A stretch of DNA of 63,854 bases, the filler included, from Chiloscyllium plagiosum (taxonomy: Eukaryota), in assembly GCF_004010195.1 (NCBI RefSeq). It is 4 parts of one record of this genome, joined end to end, with 100 filler letters (N's around TTAATTAATTAA, not from the genome) between each part and the next. Parts side by side here need not be neighbours in the genome. Positions count along the whole stretch, not along the records: positions 35,538 to 60,008 come from NC_057711.1; 3 more parts are not named here. One strand, 5' to 3'. Made by a program: the position numbers and the translations under genes. The notes beneath the pieces were generated by a model. The model was not told the origin of the DNA. It did not search any database and saw nothing but the letters and a program-made list of their open reading frames with translations. This document shows, in pieces, positions 36,941 through 49,920 of this stretch; position 1 is the first letter of the stretch; each line of letters opens with the position of its first letter.

Positions 36941-37675
36941 TCTCCTCACTCAGTGTGCCATTCCTTTCTCATTTCACTGAGTGCACCATCCCTTCCTCTC
37001 TGCATTCAGTGCACCGTCCCTTATTTTCCTCACTGAGTGCAGTATCCTTTAGTCGACTCACTCAGTGCAGTATCCCTTTGTCTCATCAATCAGTGCAGTG
37101 TCCCTTAGTCTCCTCACTCAGTGTGGTATCACTTAGTCTCCTCACTCAGTGTGGTATCACTTAGTCTCCTCACTCAATGCAGCATCCCTTGCTTTGCACA
37201 CCCAATTCAGATTCCCTTAGTCTCCTCACTCAGTGCACCATCCCATATTTTCCTCACTGAGTGCAGTATCATTTAGTCTACTCACTCAGTGCAGTATCCC
37301 TTAGTCTCCCAACTCAGTGCAGTATCCCTTAGTTTCCACACTCAGTTCAGATTCCTTAGTCTCCTCACTCTGTGCAGTATCCCTTAGCCTCCTCACTCTG
37401 TGCAGTAATGCATTGTCTTCTCACTCAGTGTTGTATCAACTAGTGTCCTGATGCAGTGCATCACCACTAAGTCTCCTCACTCACTGCAGTATCCTTTAGC
37501 TTCCTCACTCATTCACTTTCCCTTAGTCTCCTTACTCAGTGCAGTATCTCTTAGTTTCCTCACTCAATGCAGTGTCCCTTAGCTTTCTCACTCAGTGCAG
37601 TATCCCTCAGTCTCTTCACTCAGCGCAGTATCCCTTAGTCTCCTCACTCAGTGCACCATCCCGTAGTCTCCCCAC
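36939..37675 (+). repeat. Minisatellite, about 28-bp unit, roughly 26 diverged copies
   Basis: Consensus tcccttagtctcctcactcagtgcagta. Confidence 0.9.
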
Positions 37676-38434
37676 ACAGAGCACCTTAATTTAGTCAGCA
37701 ACCCTGGACACCTCCCTCTCTCTCACCGTTGAAAAGCAGTTGCAGTTTCAAGTTGTCTGCCTCAGAATTCTCCTGAAAATGGATGTTTCCCACCAGCTTT
37801 AAGAAATGTAAATTTTGATGAATCTTCGCTCCTCAAACTGAAGGCAATGGTGGCTGGACGTGCTCGGACTGATCCTCCTATTAAAAGCACAGTACTCTGA
37901 ACCTCCGTACCTTTCAGTGGTCTGTCCTTGATTACTTGCATTATTTTATGGCTATTTGTAAGTGACTTTTAAGATAACACAGTCAGCTTTTTCCCGAATC
38001 CACAAGAAAAGTCTTGTGGTTTCTTGGGAGCAGGGACATTTCCTTGGATTCCTTGTGTTCGTTTTGAAGGCAGGTTAGAGCTCTCCACAAAGTATATCTT
38101 ATTGACATGTTAATAACACTATAACTGAACAATCAGAACAAGACAAAAATGACGTGTGGAAGATATTGGTTACATTTGTTTGCGTATATTTGACAATATT
38201 GTAAGCAATCTTCAGTACCCTGTAACATAGTTATTTGAAGTTAACAATTGAAAGTCCTTTGTACTTAACAAGGATCAATTGCCTGTTTACAATAGTTGAA
38301 GGACATGTCGTTTTTTTAACATTGGGATTTGTTCCAATATAGCTTCGAAGATACTTTAGTGCATGAATGTGCCCCAAGGCTGGCCTCTAGATTGAAACCA
38401 GCACCAACTGTGTGCTCATGAGACTTGCATCAGA

Positions 38435-38685
38435 CCATAAACATAAGAGCAGAAATTAGGCCATTCAGCCCATTGCTCTGCCATTCAATCATGGCTGATA
38501 GGTTTCTCAACCTCCTTTTCCCACTTACTCCCTGTGACCATTGATCCCTTGATACTCAAGAACCTATCTACCTCAATCTTAAATATCCTCAATGGCCCGG
38601 CCTCCACAGCCTTCTGTGGCAATGAATTGCATAGATTCACCACTGTCTGGCTGAAGACATTTCTCCTTATCTCCATTCTAAAATC
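38435..38685 (-). mobile_element. CR1 3' end
   Basis: EIRRNVFSQTVVNLCNSLPQKAVEA; tail cataaacataaga on +. Confidence 0.85.
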
Positions 38686-39068
38686 ACAGTAGGTGTCAGT
38701 CTCTCTCTTTGGATGTTAACTGATATTAGCAGTTGTCTCTCCTCAGTTAGTGTCACTCTCTCCTACAGATCAGCTGGCATCATGCTCCGCTCAGAGAAAC
38801 AGCACTCCTACCCTCCTTCCCTGCCAATGGCTCTCCAAAGTTCCTGAACGAGCTGATTTCTCCCAAAACACAAATGGAGTATTATCCATCATTGCTAGAG
38901 GGATGGAGTGTAAAAAAACAGAGAGGTAATCCTCCAGCTGTACAGGGTGTTGGTGAGACCACACGTCAAGTACTGCATGCAGTTTTGGTCTCCTTACTTG
39001 AGAAAGGATGTACTGGCACTGGAGGGGGTGCAGAGGGGGTTCACCAGGTTGATTCCGGAGTTGAGGGG

Positions 39069-39272
39069 AAAAAATGTGGTGCTGGAAAAACACAGCAGGC
39101 CAGGCAGCATCCGAGGAGCAGGAGAATCGACGTTTCGGGCATAAGCTCTTCTTCAGGCTTATGCCCGAAACATCGATTCTCCTGCTCCTCGGATGCTGCC
39201 TGGCCTGCTGTGTTTTTCCAGCACCACATTTTTCGACTCTGGTCTCCAGCATCTGCAGTCCTCACTTTCTCC
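39069..39272. mobile_element. Fold-back Penelope pLTR insert, 15-bp TSD
   Basis: TSD tccggagttgagggg at 39054-39068 and 39273-39287; near-perfect inverted arms of about 76 bp. Confidence 0.92.
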
Positions 39273-39699
39273 TCCGGAGTTGAGGGGGTTGGCTTATGAG
39301 GAGAGATTGAGTAAACTCATTGGAAGTTAGAAGAATGAGGCGGGATCTTAGAGCAATATAAAATTATGAAGGGAATAGATAAGAGAGAAGCAGGGAGGTT
39401 GTTTCCACTGGACGGTGAAACTAGAACTAGGGGGCACAGCCTCAACAGAAGGTGGAGCAGGTTTCGGACTGAGCTGAGGAGGAATGTCTTCACCCACAGG
39501 GTTGTGAATCTGTGGAATTCCCTGCCCAGTGAAGCAGCTGAGGCGACTTTGTTGAATGTTTTTAAAGGAAAAAAAGATACATTTTTGAACAGTAAAGGAA
39601 TTAAGGGTTATGGTCAGAGGGCAGATGAGTGGAGCTGAGTCCATGAAAAGATCGCCATGATCTTATTGAATGGTGTTGCAGGCTGGATGGGCCAGATGG

Positions 39700-39809
39700 G
39701 CCATTCCTGATGAAGGGCTCCTTGGATGCTGCCAGACCAGCTGTGCTTTTCCAGCACCAGTCTAACCTTGACTCTAATCTCCAGCATCTGCAGTCCTCAC
39801 TTTCACCTC
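39700..39809 (+). mobile_element. Short Penelope pLTR insert, about 14-bp TSD
   Basis: gat(g/a)ggccagatgg at 39686-39699 and 39810-39823; ctgatgaaggg start and common tail. Confidence 0.8.
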
Positions 39810-40719
39810 GATAGGCCAGATGGCCTGCTCCTGCTCCTAGTTCTTATGAAACCCATCCATGAATGCTCTCTAATCAGTTCTCTCGTCTTGCTGTACTCAA
39901 ACAGTCTGAAATAAAGTCACAAATGACACTCTACAAGGCCATAACAAAGGGAAACTATCTCTCATCATTCTTCTTGATCTTTTTGTGACTAAGCTGACTA
40001 CACTATCCTGTTCCAATGTCTTGCCACCATTGTCAGCTGGACAGCACTGCTCTTATATTGTTGCACTTCCATCGACCTCAGAGAGCCAGAGAATCACTCT
40101 CATCCCTCCTGATCTTGTACAATGTAGCCTGGTGTTCATCGAGGATATATCCTCGGCCCCGGCCTATTTCTCATCTACATACTGCCCCATACTGGCAACA
40201 GCATTGGAGAGCACAGCATTAATGTTTACCTGTAAACTAATACCTGCAATGGGTAGGTTGGCTTCTGAGGAAAGGTTAATAATAGGCCAGACTTGTATCC
40301 AATTCTTTAGAAGAATGAGACACAACTTCACTTTATTCATTGAAGCATTTAACATCCGGGGGGTTGTCGATAGGCAAATATGCAAAGGGTCTTTTATCTT
40401 TTGTCAGGTTCTAGAACCGGGGCTCACTATTTAAAATGAAGGAGTGGCCTGTTTAAGGCAGAGACTCATTGAATCCCTACAGCGTGGAAACAGGCCATTC
40501 AGCCCATCAAGTCCACGCGGACCATCTGAAGAGTATCCCATCCAGACCCATCCCTTTACACTATCCCTGTAACCCTACATTTCCCCATGGCGAACCCACC
40601 TAGCCTGCACATCCCTGGACACTATGGGTGATTTAGTATGGCCAATCCACCTCAACAAATGGAATGTTTTTTTCTCTCTTAGAGAGGGTTGAGAGTCTTT
40701 GCAATTTGTTTTCTTATGC

Positions 40720-42770
40720 AGAAAATTAAGGTAGGTTACGAGAAAAAATGAGCTCAGAATATAAAGGCAGATAGCACAAGTTTCTATAAATACATAAATA
40801 ATAAGGAGTGGTTGAAGTAGACATTGGTCCTTTAGAAGGTGAGAAGGGGCATTTAGTCATGGGTTATGATGAAATGCCCAAAGTATTGAATAGGTATTTT
40901 GTCAGTTTTCACAGTGAAGGTAGGTTACGAGAATAAACGAGCTCAGAATATAAAGGCAGATAGCACAAGTTTCTATAAATACATAAATAAAAAGGAGTGG
41001 TTGAAGTAGACATTGGTCCTTTAGAAGGTGAGAAGGGGCATTTAGTCATGGGTTATGATGAAATGCCCAAAGTATTGAATAGGTATTTTGTCAGTTTTCA
41101 CAGTGGAGGACACGAATAGCATGCCAGTAATTGATAAAGAGAAGGTAGATGACGACCTGGAAACAATCATTATCACGGTAGAAATTATGTTGGGCAAGCT
41201 AATGGAGCTAAGGATAGATAAGTCTCCTGGCCCTGATGGAATGCATCCCAGGGTACTAAAAGAGATGGCGGGAGAAATAGCAAATGTATTTGTACTAATT
41301 TTCCAAAATTCACTGGACTCTGTGGCAGATTGGAAAACAGAAATGTGATGCCACTGTTTAAAAAGGACGGTAGACAAAATATGGGGAATTATAGACTGGT
41401 TAGCTAAACATCTGTAGTGGGGAAGATGTATGAGTCTATTATCAAGGAAGAAATAGCAAGGCATCTAGATAGAAATTGTCCTGTTGGACAGATGCTGCAT
41501 GGGTTCATGAAGAGCAGGTCAGGCTTAACTAATCTTTTGGAATTCTGTGAAGATATTACAAGCAAGGTGGACAACAGGGGCCCAGTAAATGTGGTGTACC
41601 TAGATTTCCAAAAGGCCTCAGACAAGATTCTGCACAAAAGGTTACTACATAAGATAAAGATGCATGGTATTACTGATAATATATTGGTATGGATAGATGA
41701 TTGATTAACTAACAGGAAGCAAAGAGTGGGGATAATTGTGTGCTTTTCTGGTTGGCGATTAGTAACTAGTGGTGTGCCTCAGGGATCAGTGTTAGGACCG
41801 CAATTATTCACATTCTATATAGATGCTTTGGAGTTGGGGACCATGCGTTGTGTGTCAAAGTTTGCTGATGACACTAAGATGAGTGGCAGAGCAAAGTGTG
41901 CAGAGGACTGTGAAACTTTGCAGAGGAACATAGATAGTTTAAGTGAGTGGGCAAAGGTCTAGTAGATGCAGTACAATATTAATGAATGTGAAGTCATCCA
42001 TTTTTGGTAGGAATAACAGTAAAAAGGACTATTACTTGAATAATAAAAAATTGCAGCATGCCGCTTTGCAGAGGGACCTGGGTGTCCTTGTGCATGAATC
42101 ACGGAAATTTAGTCTGCAGGTGCAACAGATAATTAAAAGGGCAAATGGAATTTTGTCCTTCATTGCTAAAGGGGTTGAGTTTAAAAGCAGGGAGGTTATG
42201 TTACAGCTGTACAGGGTGCTGGTGAGACCACACCTGGAGTACGGTGTGCAGTTTGGTCTCCTTACTTGAGAAAGGATGTACTGATACTAGAGGGGGTGCA
42301 GAGGAGGTTCACTAGATTGGTTCCAGAGCTGAGGGGGTTGGCTTATCAGGAGAGACTGAATAGACTGGGATTATATTCATTGGAACTAAGAAGAATGAGG
42401 GGGGATCTTATAGAAACATATTAAATTATGAAGGGGATAGTTAAGATAGAAGTAGAGAGGATGTTTCCACTGGCAGGTGAGACTAGGACAAGAGGGTATA
42501 GCCTCAAGATTAGGGAGAGCAGATGTAGGACTGAATTGAGAAGGAACTCCTTCACCCAGAGGGTTGTGAATCTATGGAATTCCCTGCCGAGTGAAGCAGT
42601 TGAGGTGTCTTCAGTAAATGTTTTTAAAGCTAAGACAGTTTTTTTGAACAGTAAAGGAATTAAAGGTTATGGTGAGCGGGGGGGGTAAGTGGAGCTGAGT
42701 CCACGAAAAGATAATCCATGATCTTATTGAATGGCGGCCTACTCCTGCTCCCGGTTGTTATTTTCTTAAA
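40720..42770 (+). mobile_element. Decayed CR1 LINE, RT through 3' end
   Basis: [34 protein letters not shown]...KFADDTK; LVRPHLEYGVQF. Confidence 0.92.
40728..41105 (+). repeat. Tandem direct duplication, 2 x 189 bp, at the 5' end of the CR1
   Basis: 40728-40916 and 40917-41105 are near-identical. Confidence 0.95.
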
Positions 42771-42946
42771 AGGTGTGAGAAGCAGAGTCTTTGAATATTT
42801 TTAAGGTACAGCTGGATAGGTTAGAGCTGAAAGGTTTTCAGGAGTATGTGGGAATGTGGAGTTATCAGACCAGTCATTTTCTTATTGAATAGCACAGCAA
42901 GCTCGAAGGACTGAATGGCCTGTCGTGCTCTTAAATCGTAATGCTA

Positions 42947-44499
42947 AACACACCCAATTCCTCCTCATCGCCACGCTCTCAATTCCTCCTAACTGTTGCT
43001 AAATTATCATCTCATCCAACATTCAGTCAAGGATGAAGAGAAATTTCCTTCAGTTAACCGTTGGGAAGATTGAAGTCATTGTTTTCAGTTCTTGCTGTAA
43101 ACTCTGTTCCCCAGCCAGTCTCCTGGCAACCAGTTGACACTAAGCCAGTCTGTTCACAACTCTTGGTGTCAGATTTCACCTTGATACAAGCTTCCGACCG
43201 CGCGCTCACACCTTCACTTGGAACACAGACACGATGGTAACTTTAATATGGAATTGGGCCCAATTTACTCAACCAGTCCCCCAAAGATAGTCACTCCATC
43301 AGTCTAGTGAATGTTCTCCTGACTGTCTGCAATGCCAATCTATCTTTCCTTAGATAAGGCACGTGAAGCTGTTTACATTACTCCAGCTGTGGTCTGACTA
43401 GTGCCTTGTATTGTTTTTGCAAAACCTCCCTACCCTTACACTCTGTTCCCTTTGAAGTAAAGGTCACCATTCTATTTGCCTTTCTTATTCCCTCCTGAGC
43501 TCAGAGGCTTGTTTTTTTGAGATTCATGGATAAGGACCACCAAATCCCTCTGTTCTGTCACTTTCTGCAGTCTTTCTCCATTTAAATAATATTCAGTTCC
43601 TCCGTTCATCCTGCCAAAATGCATAAGCTCACATTTTCCCATATTATAGTCCACTTTTTTTTAAACGATTAGATTACTTACAGTGTGGAAACAGGCCCTT
43701 TGGCCCAACAAGTCCACACCGACCCGCCGAATAGCAACCCACCCAGACCCATTCCCCTACAATTACCCCTTCACCTAAGAATACAGGCAATTTAGCATGA
43801 CCAATTCACCTAACCTGCACATTTTTTTGTGACTGTGGGAGGACGCCAGAGCACCCGGAGGAAACCCACGCAGACACGGGGAGAATGTGCAAACTCCACA
43901 CAGTCAGTCGCCTGAGGCGGGAATTGAACCCGGGTCTCTGGCGCTGTGAGGCAGCAGTGCTAACCACTGTGCCACTGTGCCACCACTTGCCACGATTTTG
44001 CCCACTCAATTGTCCTGTCTCTATCTCCCTGCAGGCTCTTTATGCCATCCTCACCACTCACCTTCCCACCCAATTTTGGGTCATCTGAAAATCTGGCTAC
44101 AGTCCATTCACTTTCCTCATCCAGATCACCAAATTGATCCCACTCTCTTGCTCTTCTATCACACTTCTTCAAACTTTTCCTCTTTAGGTTTTTACCCAAT
44201 TCCCTATGAAAGTTACCATCGTTTCTGTGTTCTAAGTGAAGGTGTGAGTGCGCGGTCGGAAGCTCATCTCAAGGTGGAATCTGACACCAAGAGTTGTGAA
44301 CAGACTGGCTTAGTGTCAACTGGTTGCCAGGAGACTGGCTGGGGAACAGAGTTTACAGCAAGAACTGAAAACAATGACTTCAATCTTCCCAACGGAAGGA
44401 AATTTCTCTTCATCCTTGACTGAATGTTGGATGAGATGATAATTTAGCAACAGTTGGGAGGAATTGAGAACGTGGCGATGAAGTAGAATTGGTTGTGTT
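42947..44499. repeat. Inverted duplication with arms of about 310 bp (42947-43258 and 44195-44499), made of old L2-like sequence
   Basis: The arms are reverse complements over their whole length; residual L2 RT motif MKRNFLQLTVGKIEVIVF. Confidence 0.9.
43668..43984 (-). mobile_element. HE1-type V-SINE inserted in a CR1 fragment (about 43290-44130, -)
   Basis: Full tRNA head, V-domain and tail; flanking CR1 motifs RFSDDPKLGG and YNMGKCELMHFG. Confidence 0.9.
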
Positions 44500-44514
44500 C
44501 AACCAAACCCAATC

Positions 44515-45545
44515 AAACGAATCTCTAAACTCCGAGACCCAAGTCTCTACTCTGCCCTCTGCCACTGGATCCTTGATTTCCTGACCCACAGACTGCAAGC
44601 AGTGAGGACAGACAACAGCTCCACCTCCTCCAAAACCCTCAACGCGGGGCACTTCCCCACAAGACTGTGTACTCAGCCCCTTACTGTCCTCCCTGTACAT
44701 TCATGTGTGTGGCCAACTTTTGTCCAAACTCCATCTATGAGTTCATTGAAGATACCACTGTTGGAGGCTGGATCTCAAACAACGGTGTGACAGAATACAG
44801 GAAAGAGATAGGGTGCTTGGTGGCGTGGTGTAAAGGTAACAATCTCTCCCTCAAAGACAGCAAAACTGAAGAGCTTCTCATTTACTTCAGGAAGCAAGGA
44901 GGAGGGCACATCCCTGTCTGCATCCATGGTGCTGAGGTGGAGATGGTCAACAGTGTCAAGTTCCTAACCGTAATGATCACCAACAATCTGTCCTGGACCG
45001 CCCACGTTGACGCGACAGTTAAGAAAGCACAACAATGCTTCTACTTCCCCAGGAGGCTCAGGAAATTCTGCATGTCCAGGAAGACTCCCACCAACTTTTA
45101 TCGATGCACCACAGACAGAATTCTGTCTGGATGCATCTCAGCTTGGTATGGCAACTGCTCTGTCCAGGACTGTTCGAAACTACAGAGAGTTGTGAACACA
45201 GCCCAGTCCATCATGTAAACCAACCTTCCATCCATTGACTCCATCTACAATTCTCACTGCCTTGGTAAGGCAGCTAATGTCATCAGAGACCCCTTCCACC
45301 CCAGTTATAATCTCTTCCAACCTCTTCTGTCAGCCAGAAGATACAAAAGCTTAAACATGTGTACCAACAGGTTCAAGAACAGCCTCCTCCCTGTTGTTAT
45401 TAGTCTTCTGAATGGAGCTCTCAAGTTTCAAATCTAATGTTGATCTTGCTTTTTGTGTACTTTCCCTGCAGTTGAACTGCACGCAAAACAAAACTTTTCA
45501 CTGTGTCTAGGTGCATGTGACAATAATAAACCAAATCAAATCAAA
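44515..45545 (+). mobile_element. Rex-Babar LINE, 5'-truncated
   Basis: VKFLTVMITNNLSWTAHV...KKAQQ...RRLRKF; NRFKNS; aataaa plus caaat repeats. Confidence 0.88.
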
Positions 45546-45679
45546 ATGTATTCATTGGAATACAGAAGAATGAGACATGACCTTATTGAAATATAACAAA
45601 TTTAATAGACAAAATGTTGTTTGCCCTTGTGGGAGAGGCTAGGACCAGAGGACATCATCTCAGAGGACATCATCTCAGA

Positions 45680-46110
45680 TCCCCCTGCCTGCTCCTGGCC
45701 CACATCCCTCCCAACCTTTCCTATAAATGTACTTATCCAAATGTCTTTTAAACATTGTAACTGTGCCCACATCCATCATTTCCTTAGAAGGTTCATTCCA
45801 AATGCGAACCACCCTCTGTGTAAAAAAAAATCCCTCTCATGTCTTTTTTTAAATTTCACCCCTCTCGCCTCAAAAAATGTGCCCCCTAGTCTTGAATTCC
45901 CCCTCCGAGGGAAAAGACAACTACCATTAACCCTATCTATACCCCTCATGATTTTATAAACCTCTATCAGGCGACCTCTCAACCTCTTACGCTCCAGTGA
46001 AAAAGTTCCAGCCTATCCAGCCTTTCCTTATAACACAAACCTTCCTTACCCAGCAACATCCTGGTAAATCTCTTCTGAACCCTTTCCAGCCTGATAATAT
46101 CCTTTGTATA
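45680..46110 (-). mobile_element. CR1 3' fragment
   Basis: RGRLIEVYKIMRGIDRV. Confidence 0.8.
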
Positions 46111-46192
46111 ACTTCTTTGAAATGCCATCAAATATAAGGCTAGTCTGTCCAACTTTGCTTGTCGATCAGCCCCTGCACAATGCAGGTATTAG

Positions 46193-46305
46193 GCAAAAGT
46201 GAGGACTGCAGATGCTGGAAACCAGAGTTTAGATCAGAGTGGTGCTGGAAAAGGCTCCTCGGATGCTGCCTGAACTGCTGTGCTTTTCCAGCACCACTTC
46301 CAATT
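46193..46305. mobile_element. Short fold-back Penelope pLTR insert, 10-bp TSD
   Basis: TSD caggtattag at 46183-46192 and 46306-46315. Confidence 0.8.
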
Positions 46306-47938
46306 CAGGTATTAGTCTATTATTAAATAATCTCAGAATCACTTCCAGCAAACTGCACTCCCTAATGGCATTCATGAACCAGATGAGTTTTCCAACAATT
46401 GGCAACAGTCATCATTATACCGGCCTCTCTATTCTAGATTTCTAATGAAAATTAAGCTTTAACCATCTGTCATGGTGGGATCTGAAACTACATCTGTTGT
46501 GAGATTCGACATTATACGTCTAGTGACATTACCATTACTCCACCTTTCCCCACTGTATATGGAGGGTTTAAACAAATTGGACAGAGTAGGTAGCAAGCTA
46601 TTCTTGCAGGTTTTGGGGTGAAAAGGTGCAGATTTAAATAATTGGCTAAAGAAGGAAAAGTGCAAGGATGGAAAAACGTCTTTACACCGAGTGGTCAAGT
46701 TGAAATGCCTTGCCAGAAAATGTGGTGGAAGCAGATTTGTCTGAAGCACTCAAAAGAGATTTCGATGGTTCTTTGAAAGTGAAGTATGAGCAGGGTTATG
46801 TGGAGAAGGCTCGAGATTGACACCAAGTGAAATGTTCATTCGGAGAGTGCAGACAAGACGGGCCGAATGGTCTCTGTCTGGACTGTAATGATTCTGTGTT
46901 TCTGTGATTGTGTAGATGTGCCAGCATAAAACCTTACAGAATAGAAACAAGCAGACAGGGAGAGACAAATAACAAGAGAATAATGATTACTTCAGCATTA
47001 GAAAGTTCAGACAGGTAATGTAATGGGTGAGAGTCCATCGATAAAAATATGCAAAGCCTAGAGAATAAGGCTGAACCCCAGCCACAGGCACCCACTTGGG
47101 ATTGTGATCTAGTGACAATAAAGGCTATCTCATTCAAGCGACGAGAGAAATCACTACTTTATTCTTGCAATGTATTCAGGAAGGACAGGGAAAAGAAACT
47201 ACAGAGCAGAGGCAGTACTGATCAAAGATACCATTATAGTACTAGAAGACCATTATGCACTTGAAGTTTGAAAGACATATCCTATTAGATTGGAATAGAG
47301 AAACAGCAGCTCAACAGAACATGACTGAGTGTATCATCCGGCACTAAATACTCCCAAGGAGATAAAACAGCAAATTCACCTGGAAATTATAATAAGGTGC
47401 AAAAAGGTTTAGTGTAATAATGATGATGACTTTAATTATCCTAATATTGATTAGGAAAATCACTATGTTATTGTTTACAAGGGGCACCAATGTAAAGGTG
47501 AATGATTATTTTTCAGACTGGTGGGAACTGCACAGTGGTGACCTCCAGAGGTCAGCTTTGGGACTGCTGCCCAATTTGAGTCTTTGTTAATGACCAGAGA
47601 AGTGACTGACTGCTTTGTGATTTGTGAGTGAACTGGGGAGTGGGTTTAGTTGGTGGGCTCATTCAACTCAGCTCTGACAGTCTAGGGACAATGGATTAAA
47701 AGCCTCCTTCTCTGCTGCACCATTTGACAATTATATAGAATTCGAAGTTAGGACAGCAATAACCATATTCTCCTACTCATTGTAAACCATGGAAGATTAA
47801 TGAGTTATATTGGGAATCCAGTGTATGCACTTCCTCACCATAAATTTTATTCTTTTTTCATTTGCTCCTTCATGTGATGTTGACATCCTCAATTTTCCTT
47901 GAACTTGGATTGTATTTGGATAGACTTGGATTGTTTTC

Positions 47939-48073
47939 AAGGTAAAAACAAGGCCTGCCAATGCTGGAAACCAGAGTCTAGAATAGAGTGTTGCTGGAAA
48001 GGCACAGCAGGTCAGGCAGCATCCGAGGGGCAGGAGGATCGACATTTCGGGCAAAAGCCCTTCATCAGGAATA
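47939..48073 (-). mobile_element. Penelope pLTR end with hammerhead motif
   Basis: - strand ttcctgatgaagggcttttgcccgaaatgtcga. Confidence 0.8.
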
Positions 48074-48584
48074 AAGTATCAGAGGCTAGGGAAGTACCTG
48101 ATAGAAATATAGAATATTGTGCGAGGCATGGATAGGGTGGATAGTTGAGCCTTTTTCCCAGGGTGGAAATGTCAAAATACTAGAAGCAGAGCGTTAAGGC
48201 GAGAGAGGGAAATGTTTAAAAGAGATCTGTGAGGCAATTCATTTTACACAGATGGTGGAAGGTGCCAAGGGAGGTGGTGGAAGCAGATATGATAGCAATG
48301 TCTAAGGGGCATTGAGACAGACACATGAACAGGCAGGGAATAGTGGGATAGGGACCATGTGGGATTAGTATAGAATGGAATCATGGTTGACACAGAAATG
48401 GAGGACCATAGGGCCTGTTCCCATGCTGTACACTTCTACGTTCTTAACTGAGCATCTTGCTAAAGCCTTCTTAGACAGTGGTTAAGAATCAAAGACATTG
48501 CTGTGGATCTGGAGTCACATGTAGGTTAGGTAAGGATGATAGATTTCCACATGATGACACTTTACCTGGTTACCATGGACTAAA

Positions 48585-48873
48585 ATGGCATGCTGGCTCA
48601 ATGATTAGCACTGCTGCCTCACAGGGTCCAATCCTGCCTTGGGCAACTGTCTGCGTGGAGTTTGCACATTTGCCCTGTGTCTGTGTGGGTTTCCTCCCAC
48701 AGTCCAAAGATGTGCAGGCCAGGTGAATTGGCCATGCTAAATTGCCCATGGTGTTAAGTGCATTAGTCAAGGGTAAATACTGGGTAGGGGTCTGGGTGGG
48801 TTACTCTTGAGAGGGTTGGTATGGACTTGTTGGGTTGAAGGGCCTGTTTCCATACTGTAGGGAATCTAATCTA
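48585..48873 (+). mobile_element. HE1-type V-SINE
   Basis: tggctcaatga head, V-domain, aatctaatctaa tail. Confidence 0.88.
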
Positions 48874-48998
48874 AGACTGCTTTTCAATAAACTACCTCAC
48901 CATGACATTCAAAGTCATTACCAATCATTTCCCAAAAGGATATGAATGAATCATTTGGGATTGTGGCACAATATGCAGTCATACATTTTATGTCAACA

Positions 48999-49292
48999 TT
49001 TAGATTAGATTCCCTACAGTGTAGAAACAGGCCCTTTAGCCCAAGTCCACACCGACTCTCCAAAGAGCAATCCACCCCCAAACCCCTTTTCCCTCTGACT
49101 AATGTACCTAACTCTATGGGCAATTTAGCATGGCCAATTCATCTGACTTGCACATCTTTGGACTGTGGGAGGAAACCCACGCAGACACAGGGAGAATGAG
49201 AAAACTCCACACAGACAGTTACCCGAGGAATCGAACCTGGGACCCTGATGCTATGAGACAGCAGTGCTAACCACTGAGCCACCGTGCCACCC
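48999..49292 (-). mobile_element. HE1-type V-SINE
   Basis: Reverse complement of a full SINE, tail-to-tail with 48585-48873. Confidence 0.9.
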
Positions 49293-49920
49293 TAACACTG
49301 AACATACGTATTTAATTGGTAAGGTCATTGATGACCGATAGCTAACATCGTGCATTTGGAAGTGGAAGCTTCATAGTTCCAGTGTGGACGGGAAGCATGA
49401 AATAGTATTTATAAAATGCTTTTCATTACCCTAGAGGTTGTTCCAGAGCAAGTCCATGAAGTTGGTAGGATGAGTTAAGAAGGCTATTACAAGAGATTCT
49501 TAGATGTATAAAGAGAGTCTCAGAGTTCAAAAGCACATAGTCTGCCCTAATCTTTCATGAAGCAGCTATTCATCCTCAGCAATAGGGTTAAGGTTAGGAT
49601 CATGATCAGTAGGAGTATTGTGTTCAACTCTGGTTACCACACTTTAGGAAGGGCGTGGACAAACATGTAGTTGTGAAATACGGCCACTGTTGGTTATGTA
49701 AGAAACACACAAAACCACTTAATGAACAGCAAGATCCCACAAAGCTGGGGTCTCTCCACTGTGGGTTGAGGGATGGGTGCTGGGGTGAGGACATTGGGGG
49801 GAATTACCCTGCTCCTTCTCAAGGCCATGGATCTTTTGTGCTCACCCGAGACAGCAGCTGTAACCGAAGCGCCCAGATTCCTGGTCACACTGTGAGAAAT
49901 GCCGTAGTAGGCCCACGATG

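Larger units (their letters stand above)
38865..39848 (+). mobile_element. CR1 3' portion carrying two Penelope pLTR inserts
   Basis: LVRPHVKYCMQFWSPYLRKD; RTRGHSL...FTHRVVNLWNSLP; inserts at 39069-39272 and 39700-39809. Confidence 0.88.

Noticed and set aside
36939..37675. CRISPR-like 28-bp periodicity
   Set aside because: Units are contiguous and diverged with no unique spacers, no cas genes, and the context is eukaryotic.
37725..37885. Minus-strand acceptor (ttttaatag) and donor (acg|gtgaga) pair
   Set aside because: All three frames contain stops; a coding exon cannot be supported, and a non-coding exon cannot be tested here.
37975..38020. Minus-strand CGFGKKLTV resembling an antigen-receptor J segment
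   Set aside because: Lacks the F/W-G-x-G-T pattern, a recombination signal sequence and a following splice donor.
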